In this document: positions 18,131 through 29,691 of the stretch, piece after piece | Layout: each line of letters starts with the position of its first letter | Position numbering within the stretch: the first letter of the stretch is position 1 | Origin: an uncultured Methanotrichaceae archaeon | GTDB lineage: Archaea; Halobacteriota; Methanosarcinia; Methanotrichales; Methanotrichaceae | Assembly: GCA_964534145.1 (NCBI GenBank) | Contig: CAZHNU010000005.1 | Location: 29,234 to 93,233 of the forward strand | Reading direction: 5' to 3' | Length of the DNA: 64,000 nucleotides | Notes under the pieces: model-generated | The model's database searches: none | What the model was told of the DNA's origin: nothing | What the model saw: only the letters and a program-made list of their open reading frames with translations | Position numbers and translations under genes: made by a program

Positions 18131-19807
18131 TTGGCTGGTTTGAGCGGCGTACCTGTTATAATACTGAAAGAGGGAAGCAAGCGCGAGAGCGGAAAGGATG
18201 CTCAGCGCAAAAACATTCTAGCGGCAAAGGCAGTTGCCGATGCAGTAAGAACAACATTGGGACCAAAGGGCATGGACAAGATGCTAATCGATGCCAGTGG
18301 CGATGCTACAGTTACCAATGACGGCGCCACAATCCTAAGGGAGATGGACATAGAGCATCCTGTTGCCAAGATGATCGTCGAGGTGGCAAAGGCCCAGGAC
18401 GATGAGATCGGAGACGGCACAACGACAGCGGTCATAATTGCCGGGGAGCTGCTAAAAAAGGCTGAGGCGCTAATTGATCAGGGCGTTCATCCAACGGTCA
18501 TCGTCTCGGGGTACAAACAGGCCTCTGCAAAGGCTCAGGAGGTCCTAAAGGAGATGGCGATAGATGCCTCCGGCAATAAAGAAATGCTCATAAAGATAGC
18601 AGAGACGGCAATGACCGGCAAGGGCATTGAAATCGCCATGGAAAAGCTCTCGAGGATCTCAGTAGATGCAGCCGTGACAGTTGCCGATCAGGTGAAAAAG
18701 GATGTGGATGAGAGCGTCAAGATCGTGAAGATCCCTGGCGGCCGCATAGAGGATTCAGAGATCAACTACGGCATCGTGATTGAGAAGGAGCGGCTAAACC
18801 CCGAAATGCCGAAGAAAATCAAAGATGCCAAAATCCTGCTCCTCGAAGGAACTCTCGAGCTAAAGAAGCTCTCCACGGATGCCAAGGTGACGATAACCGA
18901 GGCCAAGGAGCTGGCATCCTTCAAAGAGGGCGAGGAGAATGTACTGAGGAGCCAGGTCGAGGCAATAGCAAAGGCCGGCGCAAATGTGGTCCTCGCCACG
19001 AAGGGCATCGGACTTACGGCCTCCCATTATCTGGCCAGGTACGGCATAATGGCAGCCCGCAGGATGAAGGATGAGGATATCAAGATGCTGGCATTGGCAA
19101 CCGGCGCCAGGGTCGTCGGCGATGTCATGCAGGTAACCGAAAAGGATCTGGGCAGGGCAGGCCTTGTGGAAGAGAGAAAGATAGGAAAGGACAAGCAGAT
19201 GATCTTCGTTGAGGACTGTCCCAATGCGAAGGCCGTATCCATAATTCTTCATGGAGTCTCTGAACAGTTCCTCGAAGAGATGGAGAGAGCCCTGGATGAT
19301 GCCCTAAACGTCGTCCTGGATGTTATCAAGTCGGGAAAGATTGTGGCCGGAGGCGGCGCTCCCGAGATCAAGGTTGCAGAGAGCATAAGGCAGTATGCCC
19401 AGACGCTCAGCGGCCGCGAGCAACTGGCCATAAAGGCTTTTGCCGATGCTATTGAGGCTATACCCACGACCCTTGCGGAGAATGCGGGATTTGATCCAGT
19501 TGATGTCCTGGCAGCTCTCCGGTCGGAGTACGGATCGGGCAAGAAGAACTATGGAATCAACATCGAAACAGGCGAACCCGAGGACATGCTGGCACAGGGC
19601 GTCGTTGAGCCCTTAAAGGTCAAGACCCAGGCCATCAAATCGGCCACTGAGGCGGCCACGATGGTTCTTCGTGTGGACGATGTTATCGCCGCCAAGAGAG
19701 AGGAGTTCAAGGTAAAGCCGGGACAGAGCCCTCACGATTATACGAGGATGCCGCCGGGAATGGGCGGCATGATGGGCGGTATGGGCGGCATGCCTCCCAT
19801 GATGTAA
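18131..19807 (+). CDS. ths: Thermosome subunit (group II chaperonin)
   Basis: [40 protein letters not shown] and a C-terminal [14 protein letters not shown] tail. The TTG start has a good RBS. Confidence 0.95.
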   Translation: MAGLSGVPVIILKEGSKRESGKDAQRKNILAAKAVADAVRTTLGPKGMDKMLIDASGDATVTNDGATILREMDIEHPVAKMIVEVAKAQDDEIGDGTTTAVIIAGELLKKAEALIDQGVHPTVIVSGYKQASAKAQEVLKEMAIDASGNKEMLIKIAETAMTGKGIEIAMEKLSRISVDAAVTVADQVKKDVDESVKIVKIPGGRIEDSEINYGIVIEKERLNPEMPKKIKDAKILLLEGTLELKKLSTDAKVTITEAKELASFKEGEENVLRSQVEAIAKAGANVVLATKGIGLTASHYLARYGIMAARRMKDEDIKMLALATGARVVGDVMQVTEKDLGRAGLVEERKIGKDKQMIFVEDCPNAKAVSIILHGVSEQFLEEMERALDDALNVVLDVIKSGKIVAGGGAPEIKVAESIRQYAQTLSGREQLAIKAFADAIEAIPTTLAENAGFDPVDVLAALRSEYGSGKKNYGINIETGEPEDMLAQGVVEPLKVKTQAIKSATEAATMVLRVDDVIAAKREEFKVKPGQSPHDYTRMPPGMGGMMGGMGGMPPMM

Positions 19808-19894
19808 GGACGAAATCGATGAAAAATTAGCCGGCAAATCAGCCGGCTTAAGTCCTCCCTTGGTTTCTAAACGATTGCTTTGTCGGTGGAGCTT

Positions 19895-20398
19895 ATGGAA
19901 GAAAGTGCAGATTCAAACGCAAAGGAGCCTCTGGAAGAAGCGACTGCAGAAAAAGAGGCAGCAATAGACGAGCTAAGACGCCGGCTTCTGGAGACATCAA
20001 GCCTTGCTGAGGAGCGTTTGGATCAGCTTCTGAGGTGCAGGGCGGAAATGGATAATATCCTGAAGAGAGCCGCCAGAGAGAAAGAGGATCAGGCGAAGTA
20101 TGCATCCGAGAGGCTGATCAGCAAGATTCTTCCGGTCCTTGACAGCCTCGAGCAGGCCTCGAAGCATGACGAAGGCACGCGAGTGCTGCATCAGCAACTT
20201 CTAGATATTTTAAAGGGAGAGGGCCTGGTGCCCATAGATGCTGCGGGCCAGAGGTTCGATCCCTACAAGCACGAGGCTCTTTATCAGCTAAAATCACAGG
20301 ATCTGGAAGAGGATACGGTAGCCGAAGAAATACAGAAGGGCTATCTCCTCAACTGCAGGGTCATTCGATTCTCAAAGGTGGCAGTGGCAAAGCGGTGA
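19895..20398 (+). CDS. grpE: Nucleotide exchange factor GrpE
   Basis: Coiled-coil N-terminus, LLPVLDSLEQA, FDPYKHEA and GYLLNCRVIRFSKV. The ATG at 19895 follows GGTGGAG; the ORF-track TTG is at 19880. Confidence 0.9.
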   Translation: MEESADSNAKEPLEEATAEKEAAIDELRRRLLETSSLAEERLDQLLRCRAEMDNILKRAAREKEDQAKYASERLISKILPVLDSLEQASKHDEGTRVLHQQLLDILKGEGLVPIDAAGQRFDPYKHEALYQLKSQDLEEDTVAEEIQKGYLLNCRVIRFSKVAVAKR

Positions 20399-20452
20399 TA
20401 GGTTTAAATATTTATGAAGTATTGTTAGCTTCTAATTTCAGGAGATGATATC

Positions 20453-22300
20453 TTGGCTAAAATTATAGGAATTGATCTCGGAACCAGCAACTCGGCTGCG
20501 GCTGCGCTTATCGGCGGCAGGCCCACCATAATTCCAAGCGCTGAAGGAACAAGCATTGGTGGCAAGGCGTTCCCATCTTATGTGGCGTTTACAAAAGACG
20601 GCCAGGCCCTGGTTGGAGAGCCGGCTAAAAGACAGGCGGTGACAAATCCCGAAGGTACAATTACCGGAATCAAGCGAAAGATGGGCACCGACTACAAAGT
20701 CAAGGTATACGGAAAGGAATACACTCCGGAGGAGATCTCTGCTCAAATACTCCGCAAGATCAAAAAGGATGCAGAGACCTATCTGGCGGACACCGTCGAA
20801 GAGGCCGTAATTACCGTTCCTGCCTACTTCAACGATAATCAGCGCCAGGCTACCAAGGATGCTGGAACGATAGCAGGCTTAAACGTCCGAAGGATCATCA
20901 ACGAGCCGACGGCCGCGGCACTTGCCTATGGCCTGGACAAGACCGGCGAGGCCAAGATCTTGGTCTTCGACCTCGGCGGCGGAACTCTGGACGTCACCAT
21001 CATGGAGATCGGCGAGGGCGTCTTCGAGGTCAGGTCGACGTCGGGCGACACCCAGCTCGGCGGAAGGGACATGGACGAGCGGCTGATGGAATACGTTTTG
21101 GAGAGGTTCAAGCAGGAGTCAGGAGTGGACCTGCGCAAGGACTCAATGGCCATGCAGCGGTTGCGCGAGGCAGTAGAGGTCGCCAAGATAGAGCTCTCCT
21201 CGGTGCTTCAGACCAACCTCAACCTGCCCTACATAACTGCAGATGCTTCAGGCCCCAAGCACCTGACGATGACGCTCTCCCGGGCAAAGCTTGAGGAGCT
21301 GATTCACGACGTCATGGAGAGATGCCGCGGCCCCATGGTTCAGGCGCTCAAGGATTCAAAGCTTGAGAAAAGCCAGATTGACAAGATAATACTCGTCGGC
21401 GGGCCGACCCGGATGCCTGTGATCCAGGAGTTTGTAAAGAGCTTCATGGCCAAGGATATCGAGCGCGGCGTGGATCCAATGGAGTGCGTTGCCATGGGCG
21501 CTGCCATTCAGGCAGGCGTTTTGGGCGGCGAGGTAAAGGACCTTCTCCTCCTGGATGTCACTCCATTAAGCCTTGGAATCGAGACCCTCGGCGGCGTCAC
21601 GACAAGGCTTATCGAAAGAAACACAACAATTCCCACCAGGAAAAGCCAGATCTTCACCACTGCGGCCGATAACCAGACAAGCGTCGAGGTTAACGTCCTT
21701 CAGGGTGAGAGGCCCATGTCCAAGGACAACATCTCGCTTGGAAGGTTCACGCTTGTAGGCATTCCCCCTGCCCCACGCGGGATCCCGCAGATTGAGGTCA
21801 CCTTCGACATCGATGCCAACGGCATAATTCACGTATCAGCCAAGGACCTTGCCACAAAGAAGGAGCAAAGAATTACAATCACAGCTCCGCATAAGCTCAG
21901 CAAGGATGAGATCGATTCAAAGGTCAAGGATGCCGAGCGCTTCGCGGCTGAGGATGCAAAGCGCCGGGAGGAGATCGAGGCTCGGAATGCGGCAGACTCG
22001 CTGATCTACGCATCCGAGAAGATGCTTAAAGATGCAGGAGACGTGGCGACGGCTGACCAGAAGGACAGGATCCAGAAGGGCATAACGGAACTCAAAGAGG
22101 CCCAAGCCGGAGGCGACATCTCCCAGATCAAGGCCAAGACAGAAAGCCTGCAAAATGCCATATACGAGCTGTCTTCCGCCATGTATCAGCGGGCAGCAGC
22201 CCAGCAGCAGGCCCAGGCTTCCTCTCAGGAAGGCCAGTCGAAGGGACCTGAGAGCGAGACTGTGGACGCCGACTACGAGGTAGTAAACGATAAAAAGTAG
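20453..22300 (+). CDS. dnaK: Molecular chaperone DnaK (Hsp70)
   Basis: [28 protein letters not shown] and the rest of the Hsp70 signature set. The TTG start is preceded by GGAGAT. Confidence 0.95.
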   Translation: MAKIIGIDLGTSNSAAAALIGGRPTIIPSAEGTSIGGKAFPSYVAFTKDGQALVGEPAKRQAVTNPEGTITGIKRKMGTDYKVKVYGKEYTPEEISAQILRKIKKDAETYLADTVEEAVITVPAYFNDNQRQATKDAGTIAGLNVRRIINEPTAAALAYGLDKTGEAKILVFDLGGGTLDVTIMEIGEGVFEVRSTSGDTQLGGRDMDERLMEYVLERFKQESGVDLRKDSMAMQRLREAVEVAKIELSSVLQTNLNLPYITADASGPKHLTMTLSRAKLEELIHDVMERCRGPMVQALKDSKLEKSQIDKIILVGGPTRMPVIQEFVKSFMAKDIERGVDPMECVAMGAAIQAGVLGGEVKDLLLLDVTPLSLGIETLGGVTTRLIERNTTIPTRKSQIFTTAADNQTSVEVNVLQGERPMSKDNISLGRFTLVGIPPAPRGIPQIEVTFDIDANGIIHVSAKDLATKKEQRITITAPHKLSKDEIDSKVKDAERFAAEDAKRREEIEARNAADSLIYASEKMLKDAGDVATADQKDRIQKGITELKEAQAGGDISQIKAKTESLQNAIYELSSAMYQRAAAQQQAQASSQEGQSKGPESETVDADYEVVNDKK

Positions 22301-22330
22301 GCCCGAGAAATAAAGGAGAAAAGGAGCAAC

Positions 22331-23524
22331 ATGCCGGAGAAGAAGGACTACTACGAGGTTTTGGGAGTATCCAAAGAGGCGGGCGAGAAGGACATCAAGA
22401 GCGCATACCGCAAGCTCGCAATGAAGTACCATCCCGACAGGTCGGATGCGTCTGATGCTGAGGAAAAGTTCAAGGAGATCTCCGAGGCCTATGCAGTCCT
22501 CTCCGATCCGGACAAGCGCCGGCAGTACGACCAGTTTGGACATGCCGGCATAAACAGCCAGTACTCCCAGGAGGACCTCTTCCGCGGAGTGAACTTTGAG
22601 GACCTGCTGAGAGGCTTTGGCTTCGGAGGCGGTGGCGGCGGAGAGAGCATATTCGACATGTTCTTCGGCGGAGGCCGGAGGCGCGGGCCCGGTCGCGGAA
22701 GAGACCTTCGCGTCGATCTCAACATGACGCTTGAGCAGGCAGCATCGGGCCTTGAGACGACCATCGAGGTGCCGCGTACAGAGAACTGCCCGACCTGCCA
22801 CGGTAGCGGCGCTCGCCCCGGAACGAGCCCAACCGTCTGCAGCAACTGCAGAGGGTCCGGCCAGGTGACGAGGGCCCAGAATACGCCCTTCGGCCAGATG
22901 ATAACCTCCACTACATGTCCTGCATGCGGCGGCAGGGGCCAGACGATCGCCAATCCGTGCTCTGAGTGCACAGGAACCGGCAGGACGCGCCGTACCCGAA
23001 AGATCAACGTGAAAATACCTGCGGGCGTTGAGGACGGCCAGCACCTGAAGCTTCGGGGCCAGGGAGACGCCGCTCCGCCTGGCGGTGAGCCGGGCGACCT
23101 CTACGTATTCCTAAACATCCTGCCTCATCCCCTATTCCAGCGCCAAGACAGCGATCTGCTTTACGAGATGCCGATCAGCATCACTCAGGCGGCGCTGGGG
23201 TTCGAGGCAGAGGTCCCGACATTGAACGGCAAGGCGATATTGAAGATCCCTCCCGCAACTCAGACAGGCTCCATCTTCCGGCTTCGAGGAAAGGGCATGC
23301 CGAGGCTCCACGGCGTCGGCTCGGGGGATCTGCACATAAGGGTTAAGATCAAGACTCCGGCGACCTTGACGGCGCGGCAGCGGCAGCTTATGGAGGAGCT
23401 GGCGGCAGAGTTCGGAGAGAAGAGAGCAGCTCCAGCCCAGCCAAAACAGCCGCCAAAAAGCGATAAGGGAATTATAAACAAAATTGTGGATGAGGTTAAG
23501 AGCTCTCTGGACCAGCTAAGCTGA
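22331..23524 (+). CDS. dnaJ: Co-chaperone DnaJ
   Basis: J-domain HPD (KYHPDR), a G/F region, and four CxxCxGxG repeats ([32 protein letters not shown]). Confidence 0.95.
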   Translation: MPEKKDYYEVLGVSKEAGEKDIKSAYRKLAMKYHPDRSDASDAEEKFKEISEAYAVLSDPDKRRQYDQFGHAGINSQYSQEDLFRGVNFEDLLRGFGFGGGGGGESIFDMFFGGGRRRGPGRGRDLRVDLNMTLEQAASGLETTIEVPRTENCPTCHGSGARPGTSPTVCSNCRGSGQVTRAQNTPFGQMITSTTCPACGGRGQTIANPCSECTGTGRTRRTRKINVKIPAGVEDGQHLKLRGQGDAAPPGGEPGDLYVFLNILPHPLFQRQDSDLLYEMPISITQAALGFEAEVPTLNGKAILKIPPATQTGSIFRLRGKGMPRLHGVGSGDLHIRVKIKTPATLTARQRQLMEELAAEFGEKRAAPAQPKQPPKSDKGIINKIVDEVKSSLDQLS

Positions 23525-23532
23525 AATAAATA

Positions 23533-23898
23533 TTATTTTTTAATTTCCAGCTCCAGGGCCAGTCTAACGCGAAGAAACTCCAACTTGAGCATCTCGGATT
23601 TCTCCTTTGAGCCCTCCATTGAGCCTGAACGGCCCATCATCTCTAGATCTTTGGAGAGCGCAGACAACCTCATCGCCCCAACATAGGCGCTGCTTGACTT
23701 GAGGTTGTGTGCTGCTATCTTCAATGCGTTTGCATCGTTCTTCTCCACTGCCTTCTCGATAGCGGATATTTTTTCAGGAGCATTCTTGAGATACAGTCCG
23801 CCTACCTCTTCCACTATATCGGGCTCTCCTTCCTCCTGCAGCTCCCGCAGGCTTGCCAGCACCGTTTGGTCCAATACCTCCTCTGATACATCCGACAT
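23533..23898 (-). CDS. Hpt (histidine phosphotransfer) domain protein
   Basis: AAHNLKSSSAYVGA phospho-His motif; 121 aa; 56 nt downstream of the hybrid kinase. Confidence 0.75.
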   Translation of the reverse strand: MSDVSEEVLDQTVLASLRELQEEGEPDIVEEVGGLYLKNAPEKISAIEKAVEKNDANALKIAAHNLKSSSAYVGAMRLSALSKDLEMMGRSGSMEGSKEKSEMLKLEFLRVRLALELEIKK

Positions 23899-23954
23899 TT
23901 TAACCCACCTTCAAATGATCCTATGGCCTATTTGAGGCTGTTCACCTTTTAACT

Positions 23955-26780
23955 TTAACTCTTTTCACTCGCGAGAGGCGGATACCTGCATAGGGCTTTT
24001 GTCAGCTCCTCCATCCTCACGGGTTTGCTGATATAGTCGTTCATGCCTGCGCAAAGACACCGCTCTCTATCTCCCTCCAGGCAGTGAGCCGTCAGCGCGA
24101 TTATGTACGGCATGCCCTTCGGCCAGCGTTCGCGTATGATCCTGGTCGTCTCAAACCCGTCCATGTCGGGCATCTGCACATCCATCAGCACGATATCGTA
24201 GTGCTGGCGCTCTAAAGCCATCAGCACCTCCATGCCGTTGGCGGCAACATCTGCCCTGATGCCAAGCTTCCTCAGCATCATGAGTGCCACCTTCTGGTTG
24301 ATCAGGTTGTCTTCAGCCAATAGAAGCCGCAGACGATCGAGACGGTCTGCCTTCGGGCAGCCTTGATGAAACGGCTCTTCCGCCGGGGTTGCATGTTCTG
24401 TCATTGCAGGCTGAACTGAAATTGTGAAATGGAATGTGCTGCCGATGCCTGGCTCGCTCTCTACCCAGATCCTGCCTCCCATTAGCTCTACCAGCCTTTT
24501 GCTGATGGCAAGGCCGAGGCCCGTGCCGCCATACCTGCGCGCCAAAGATGAATCAACCTGGCTGAAGGACTGGAAGAGAGAGCCTAGACTATCCTTGGGA
24601 ATACCGATCCCCGTATCCATTACGGCGAAGCAAAGCTCAATGTCGCCGCCCTGCTTTTGCCGACAGTCGACAGTGACTGAAACATCTCCAATATCTGTGA
24701 ACTTAACTGCATTGCCCAGAAGGTTTACCAGGACCTGTCGCAGGCTGGTGACATCGCCAACTACGATTTTGGGAACGCGATCGCTTATTTTGGAGCTAAG
24801 AGCGATGAACTTCTCTGCGGCTGTAGACGCTACCAGATCCATAGACCCGTCTATGCAGCTTTTCAGGTCGAAGGGCTGTTTCTCAAGCTCTCTTTTTCCC
24901 TCCTCGATCTTCGAGAAGTCCAGAATATCGTTGATGAGGTCCATCAGGACATCGCCGCTTTTGCGCACCATCTCGGCGCATTCCCTCTGCTCTGGGCTGA
25001 GGTTCATGTCCAGGAGGAGACCTGTAAGGCCGATAATAGCGTTCAAGGGGGTCCTGATCTCATGGCTCATGTTTGCCAGGAACTGCGATTTGGCCCTCAT
25101 GGCAAATTCAGCCTTCTCCTTGGCTCTGTGCAGGTCTTCCTCAGCCTTTTTTGTCTCAGAGATGTCGAACATGACGCCCTGGAGGAATAGGGGAGTGCCG
25201 GCATCGTCTAAAACTAGCAGGGCCTCATCGCGAAGCCATACAACCCGGCCGTCACGCGCCATCATCCTGTACTCGGACCTGAAGGGCTGATTGCCGATCC
25301 TGCTTTGCTTCAGCTCCGATAAAACGCGCTCCAGATCATCGGGATGAAGCCTTTTGCGCCAGATGTCGGGATCGTCCTTATAGTCCATCTGAGAGAAGCC
25401 CAGGATGGATTCTATCTGCGGGCTAACGTAAATGGTTGTGCTGGCATCGTCTAGGGCTGCAGTGTAGGTAACGGCAGGGATCTGCTCCACGAGCGTTCTG
25501 TATCGCGCCTCGGCCCTTCTGAGCCGCTCCTCAGAGGTCTTTCGCTCAGTGATATCCCGCGCAACAGAGCATATGGTACTTCTCCTGCCGCAAAGGATGA
25601 GGTTGGCGCTGACCTCGACATCTACAAGAGATCCATCTTTCCTGCGGTAACTGCGCTCCCCAAGGAAATGCCGCCCGTTGGCCAGGACCTTTTGAATGTT
25701 GGAGTTGATGCTCTCGCGGTCATGAGAGACGATATCGTAAACTAAAAGCCCTGCAATCTCCCGAGCGTCGTACCCTAGCATGTCGCAGAATGTTCTATTG
25801 GCCTCCAACAATCGTTTGGAATCGGCATCGAACAGGAAGATGGCCTCCGATGCCTGTTCGATCACCGCATGGTAGCGTGTCTCGCTGTCCTTCAGGGCGG
25901 CCTCTGCCTTCTTACGGCGAGTGATGTTCACGGCTGCGTGGACCACTCCTTTGACCCGTCCGTCTGCGTCCATGATGAGGTTGCTGCGGGAAAGCCAAAT
26001 TTTGCCGTCGGGGGTATTCAGCTCCCCTTCCTGGGGTCTGCCGGTTTGAAGGGCTTTAGAGGCTGTGCAGCCAGGACAAGGCGCTTTCAAGCCATAGATG
26101 ACCTCGAAGCATTTCTTTCCTGATATTTCATCCTCAGAAAGCCCGAGATATCTGGGAATGGCTGCATTGGTCCAGATGATGTGCATTGTTGTATCCAGGT
26201 ATTCTACCGCCACGCTCTTTAGGCCGGATAGGATTGCCTCTTTCTCCTGTTCCGATTTGCGCAAGTCTGCTATTGCAAGCCTGCCTTCAGTAATATCCTC
26301 GCAGCTTATCAGGTTCTCCCCGCCTTCCTGCTGCACTGCCACGAACCTGATAATCTTTTGAGTCCCGTCTTTGCATGTGACCTTAAAGGTCCTCGGCCTC
26401 CTCTCTCCGGGACGGGAGCATTTGAGATCCTCAATCCAGGCGGAAATCGCATGATGCCTGTACGTCGCATTCGGATATGCCTTTCTAAACCACTCTCGCC
26501 CGCATGGAATGTCCGCCAGATCGTAGCCGAACATCTCCTTGAACTTGGGATTTATATATAGAAAATTGCCGTTCCCTTCTATTATCGCCATCCCGAATGG
26601 CGCATATTCTGCAAGGATTTGAAAATGAGAGCATTGAAGATGTTGCGCGAAAAGCTCATCAATGCTGGCATCCAGGCTATCGAGCGCCCGAGATGCCTTC
26701 TCAGGGCAATAAATTTGCCGGCGCGCTTCATCGATCCTTAGATGGATTTCTCGCAAGCTTTCAGCAGCGTCATTTTTCAT
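23955..26780 (-). CDS. Hybrid sensor histidine kinase (multiple PAS/PAC, HisKA, HATPase_c, receiver)
   Basis: H-box SHEIRTPLNAIIG, N/G boxes LGNAVKFT, DTGIGI and GTGLGLAISKRL, and a receiver LLLAEDNLINQ...DIVLMDVQMPDMDG...TAH. Several PAS-like repeats sit N-terminally. Confidence 0.9.
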   Translation of the reverse strand: MKNDAAESLREIHLRIDEARRQIYCPEKASRALDSLDASIDELFAQHLQCSHFQILAEYAPFGMAIIEGNGNFLYINPKFKEMFGYDLADIPCGREWFRKAYPNATYRHHAISAWIEDLKCSRPGERRPRTFKVTCKDGTQKIIRFVAVQQEGGENLISCEDITEGRLAIADLRKSEQEKEAILSGLKSVAVEYLDTTMHIIWTNAAIPRYLGLSEDEISGKKCFEVIYGLKAPCPGCTASKALQTGRPQEGELNTPDGKIWLSRSNLIMDADGRVKGVVHAAVNITRRKKAEAALKDSETRYHAVIEQASEAIFLFDADSKRLLEANRTFCDMLGYDAREIAGLLVYDIVSHDRESINSNIQKVLANGRHFLGERSYRRKDGSLVDVEVSANLILCGRRSTICSVARDITERKTSEERLRRAEARYRTLVEQIPAVTYTAALDDASTTIYVSPQIESILGFSQMDYKDDPDIWRKRLHPDDLERVLSELKQSRIGNQPFRSEYRMMARDGRVVWLRDEALLVLDDAGTPLFLQGVMFDISETKKAEEDLHRAKEKAEFAMRAKSQFLANMSHEIRTPLNAIIGLTGLLLDMNLSPEQRECAEMVRKSGDVLMDLINDILDFSKIEEGKRELEKQPFDLKSCIDGSMDLVASTAAEKFIALSSKISDRVPKIVVGDVTSLRQVLVNLLGNAVKFTDIGDVSVTVDCRQKQGGDIELCFAVMDTGIGIPKDSLGSLFQSFSQVDSSLARRYGGTGLGLAISKRLVELMGGRIWVESEPGIGSTFHFTISVQPAMTEHATPAEEPFHQGCPKADRLDRLRLLLAEDNLINQKVALMMLRKLGIRADVAANGMEVLMALERQHYDIVLMDVQMPDMDGFETTRIIRERWPKGMPYIIALTAHCLEGDRERCLCAGMNDYISKPVRMEELTKALCRYPPLASEKS

Positions 26781-27072
26781 CGAGAGACCTGTCCGTAAGT
26801 ATGCACTTGTTTCTCATTAATATTCATTTCGATGTTCTTAATATTGGAACAATGTTATCGTAAATATTTCATATCAGGCTTCAAAAGCAATCGCTACACA
26901 TCATGTTTTATAAAATTGTTTAACAAAATTTGCGTTCAATTCATAAAACGAACTTAGATATGTCATTTAAATAAATTGTGATTGCAGGCCGTATGCCGGT
27001 ATGTCCGTTAAAATAATTAATGAAATTTTAGAATGACTGCGAAGTTTAGAATGCCTACGAAGGCCAAAGCAC

Positions 27073-27366
27073 CTACCTCCTTTTGCCGGCCGCGAGCTTG
27101 GACTCGATAGATATCTCCTTATCCAGCCGATGATCGATATGCACATCTGTGATGATCCTTTTTGCTCCCATTTCGACCAGCTTTTCGTTTGATCTCTGGA
27201 TTATGTCGAAGATGTCCTTGAAGCTCTCCACCTCGACAGAGGTCGAGTTGGGACCGGGAACGAACCTGACGCCGGATGCCTCCAGCATCTCATAAACTGC
27301 GCGAATGTATTTTCCTGCGCTCGTTCCAGTGCCCATAGGCACCAGGGAGAAGTCCGCTACTATCAT
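27073..27366 (-). CDS. MTH1187/YkoF-family (DUF77) thiamine-binding-like protein
   Basis: MIVADFSLVPMGTGTSAGKYIRAVYEMLEASGVRFVPGPNSTSVE...RIITDVHIDHRLDK. I trimmed the start to ATG 27366 because the track ORF would overlap the pyrF stop. Confidence 0.7.
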   Translation of the reverse strand: MIVADFSLVPMGTGTSAGKYIRAVYEMLEASGVRFVPGPNSTSVEVESFKDIFDIIQRSNEKLVEMGAKRIITDVHIDHRLDKEISIESKLAAGKRR

Positions 27367-27421
27367 GATAAAAATATTGAGTTTTAAAGTATAGATAGGT
27401 TTTGAATTGACAGGATCAAGA

Positions 27422-28063
27422 TCAACGGATTTCCGAAGATAGTCTTTTCGCCGATGCTGCGGGATCATCTGCTTCGATAACCGATCTGCCTACGATAAGG
27501 TAGTTGGCCCCGGCAGCAAGCGCATCGCGCGCAGATCCGCCCTGAGCGCCAACTCCTGGGGATATTATCAGCCTGTTGCCGATGATGCTGCGGACGAGCT
27601 TTATTCGCTCTGGCCGCGTGGCCGGCGCCACAACGCCCGCCGCCCCTACCTCAACCGCCAGCCTTGCCATCTGCTCTGCGATAGGAGCCATGAACTGCTC
27701 AGCGCCGGGATGGCTCATTTCGGTTACTGCGAATAGATCGGCCCCGTGAGCCCCGGCGATATCGGCGCACTCCTGCAGCGAGTCGCGTCCTGGGAATGCG
27801 TGAGCTATTATCCCCATCGCTCCAGCCCCCAGGACGGCCTCGCAGATCAGCCTGTTCGTGTTGGGGATGTCCGCAATCTTCAGGTCGGCGATGACTGGTG
27901 CGAAGGCAGAGATATCTTTCACGACGCCCAGGCCCGCGCTTAGGATAAGAGGATAGCCGATTTTGACTGCATCAAAGTAATCCTTCAGAGAATTTGCCAG
28001 GGATACGGCACGCTCCCTGGATGTCACATCAAGAGCCAGGATCAATCGGGTTTCATTTTTCAT
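27422..28063 (-). CDS. pyrF: Orotidine 5'-phosphate decarboxylase
   Basis: LILALDV, KIGYPL, DLKIADIPNT and PGVGAQGG. Confidence 0.9.
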   Translation of the reverse strand: MKNETRLILALDVTSRERAVSLANSLKDYFDAVKIGYPLILSAGLGVVKDISAFAPVIADLKIADIPNTNRLICEAVLGAGAMGIIAHAFPGRDSLQECADIAGAHGADLFAVTEMSHPGAEQFMAPIAEQMARLAVEVGAAGVVAPATRPERIKLVRSIIGNRLIISPGVGAQGGSARDALAAGANYLIVGRSVIEADDPAASAKRLSSEIR

Positions 28064-28173
28064 GAAAGGGAATATGGAGCGGCAGTATATATCCCTTTCA
28101 CGGTGTCCTTATCATGATGTCTTATCACCGCGTCTCAGCACTGTGTTTTATCAAGATGTTTTACAGCATCGGC

Positions 28174-28812
28174 TCAGACGCAGCCGCAGATTTTTTCTAC
28201 AGCTTCCCTCAGGTCCCCTACGACCTCGCTGCCGCTGCGCATGCCTTTTCTATCCAGGAAGAGGGCATCAAGGCCTGCCTCCAGCGGGGCCTCGTAATCG
28301 TAGCTGTAGTGGTCGCCGATGTGCATGACCTCGAAAGGCCTGGCTCCCAGCTCTTTGCAGACGGCTCCGTATACAAGGGGCGATTTCTTGACGGTCTGAA
28401 AGTCGCTGGTGGCAGAGAAGGTCTCGCGGAAGTAATCACCAATGCCGTCAAGCTCAATCTCTATGAACTCCCTCGCGGCATTGGAGGTGACCACAAGCTC
28501 GTAATCCTCTGAGAGGAGGTCGAGGGTTTCCCTGACCTCAGGATAGGGCTCTATCTCATCCTCATAGGTTTCCAGCAGCTCGTCCTTGCCAACAGTTAGC
28601 TGGAACCTGTCTATCCAGTACTGAAGCTGGTACCACTCAAGCTTATCGCTGCCTACCTTCATGTACTCGCCTATCACGTACTCCTTTGCATCGTGGAGGT
28701 CGAGCCCGTGCTTCTCGGCATAGAGGCGGGGCATGCCCTCCATCCAGACCTTGTCCACAAACCTGGAGTTGACCAGCGTCCCATCCATGTCCAATGATAT
28801 GAAACGAATCAT
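28174..28812 (-). CDS. HAD-superfamily hydrolase
   Basis: Motif I ISLDMDGTLV, motif II VTSNA, motif III/IV HIGDHYSYD. Confidence 0.8.
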   Translation of the reverse strand: MIRFISLDMDGTLVNSRFVDKVWMEGMPRLYAEKHGLDLHDAKEYVIGEYMKVGSDKLEWYQLQYWIDRFQLTVGKDELLETYEDEIEPYPEVRETLDLLSEDYELVVTSNAAREFIEIELDGIGDYFRETFSATSDFQTVKKSPLVYGAVCKELGARPFEVMHIGDHYSYDYEAPLEAGLDALFLDRKGMRSGSEVVGDLREAVEKICGCV

Positions 28813-28922
28813 TTTATCTCCGAATGAAGATACTTCAGTTGGGCTTTGGGTTATTATTCTTTTTGGGAGCTAAATTGCTGAAACGAAAAAGGCATGTATC
28901 TCCTGGCCATTCTGCTTAGCCT

Positions 28923-29555
28923 ATGCGCACCTTCATCATCGTTGGCCACAAGGCCACCACCTCTCCCGATTTCTCGCTTGAGGACATCCCCGGCACCTCC
29001 GGCCGCCTGGACATCCTTTGCCGCGCCGTAACCGCCTCCTTCGTCCTCTCTCACGGCATCCGCAGGGACGCAAACGTCTATCTGGTGCTCCTCGGCGGCG
29101 AGGCGCCCAAAACCCTCTGGCTGAAGGGCGACCTGCTGAAGCACCTGAATCCCGACGAGCGCACCACGGCTGCGCTGCTCAAGAAGGCCCTGGCTCTGGC
29201 GGCAGCGCCCGAGTGGTCGAGGTCCACGCCGGGCATATTCGTCCGCATTGGAGGGCTGGCGGAGCTTTTGCCGGATCTGAAGGATAAGAAGCTGGTTTAC
29301 CTGAGAGAGGACGGCCGAGATATTCGCTCTTTTTCCGACGATCCCCTTAAAGGCGACCTGGCGTTTGTGCTGGGCGACCACATGGGCATGACCCCCGAGG
29401 AGGAAAGCATGATTTTGCAGGCGGGTGCTGTCACTGTTTCGGTGGGCCCAACCAGCCTGCATGCCGATCACTGCATTGTCCTCGTCAACTGGGCGCTGGA
29501 TATAGGGATGATTGGGAATTTGCCGATCTGGCAGGGGCCTAGCAAGCCGGAATAA
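28923..29555 (+). CDS. trmY: tRNA (pseudouridine54-N1)-methyltransferase (SPOUT, DUF358)
   Basis: [55 protein letters not shown]...[16 protein letters not shown] matches the TrmY family pattern. Confidence 0.8.
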   Translation: MRTFIIVGHKATTSPDFSLEDIPGTSGRLDILCRAVTASFVLSHGIRRDANVYLVLLGGEAPKTLWLKGDLLKHLNPDERTTAALLKKALALAAAPEWSRSTPGIFVRIGGLAELLPDLKDKKLVYLREDGRDIRSFSDDPLKGDLAFVLGDHMGMTPEEESMILQAGAVTVSVGPTSLHADHCIVLVNWALDIGMIGNLPIWQGPSKPE

Positions 29556-29691
29556 AAACAGGTCGAGGAGGCCCCAGGCAAAGGCAAAGTCCCAGGCAAT
29601 ATCATTATGGTCGATAGACCGTAATCGCCTTATCGAAGATCTCGTGATAATCTTCCAATACAATGCTAAATAAAAAAATATGATATTAAAG

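Noticed and set aside
21917-23044. 375-aa ORF on the minus strand across the dnaK 3' end and dnaJ
   Set aside because: It is antisense to two unambiguous chaperone genes. Its Ala/Leu/Arg-rich, low-complexity translation is typical of a shadow ORF.
24424-25290. 288-aa plus-strand ORF inside the histidine kinase gene
   Set aside because: It is antisense to the kinase HisKA/HATPase region, and its Ser/Arg/Pro-rich translation has no motifs.
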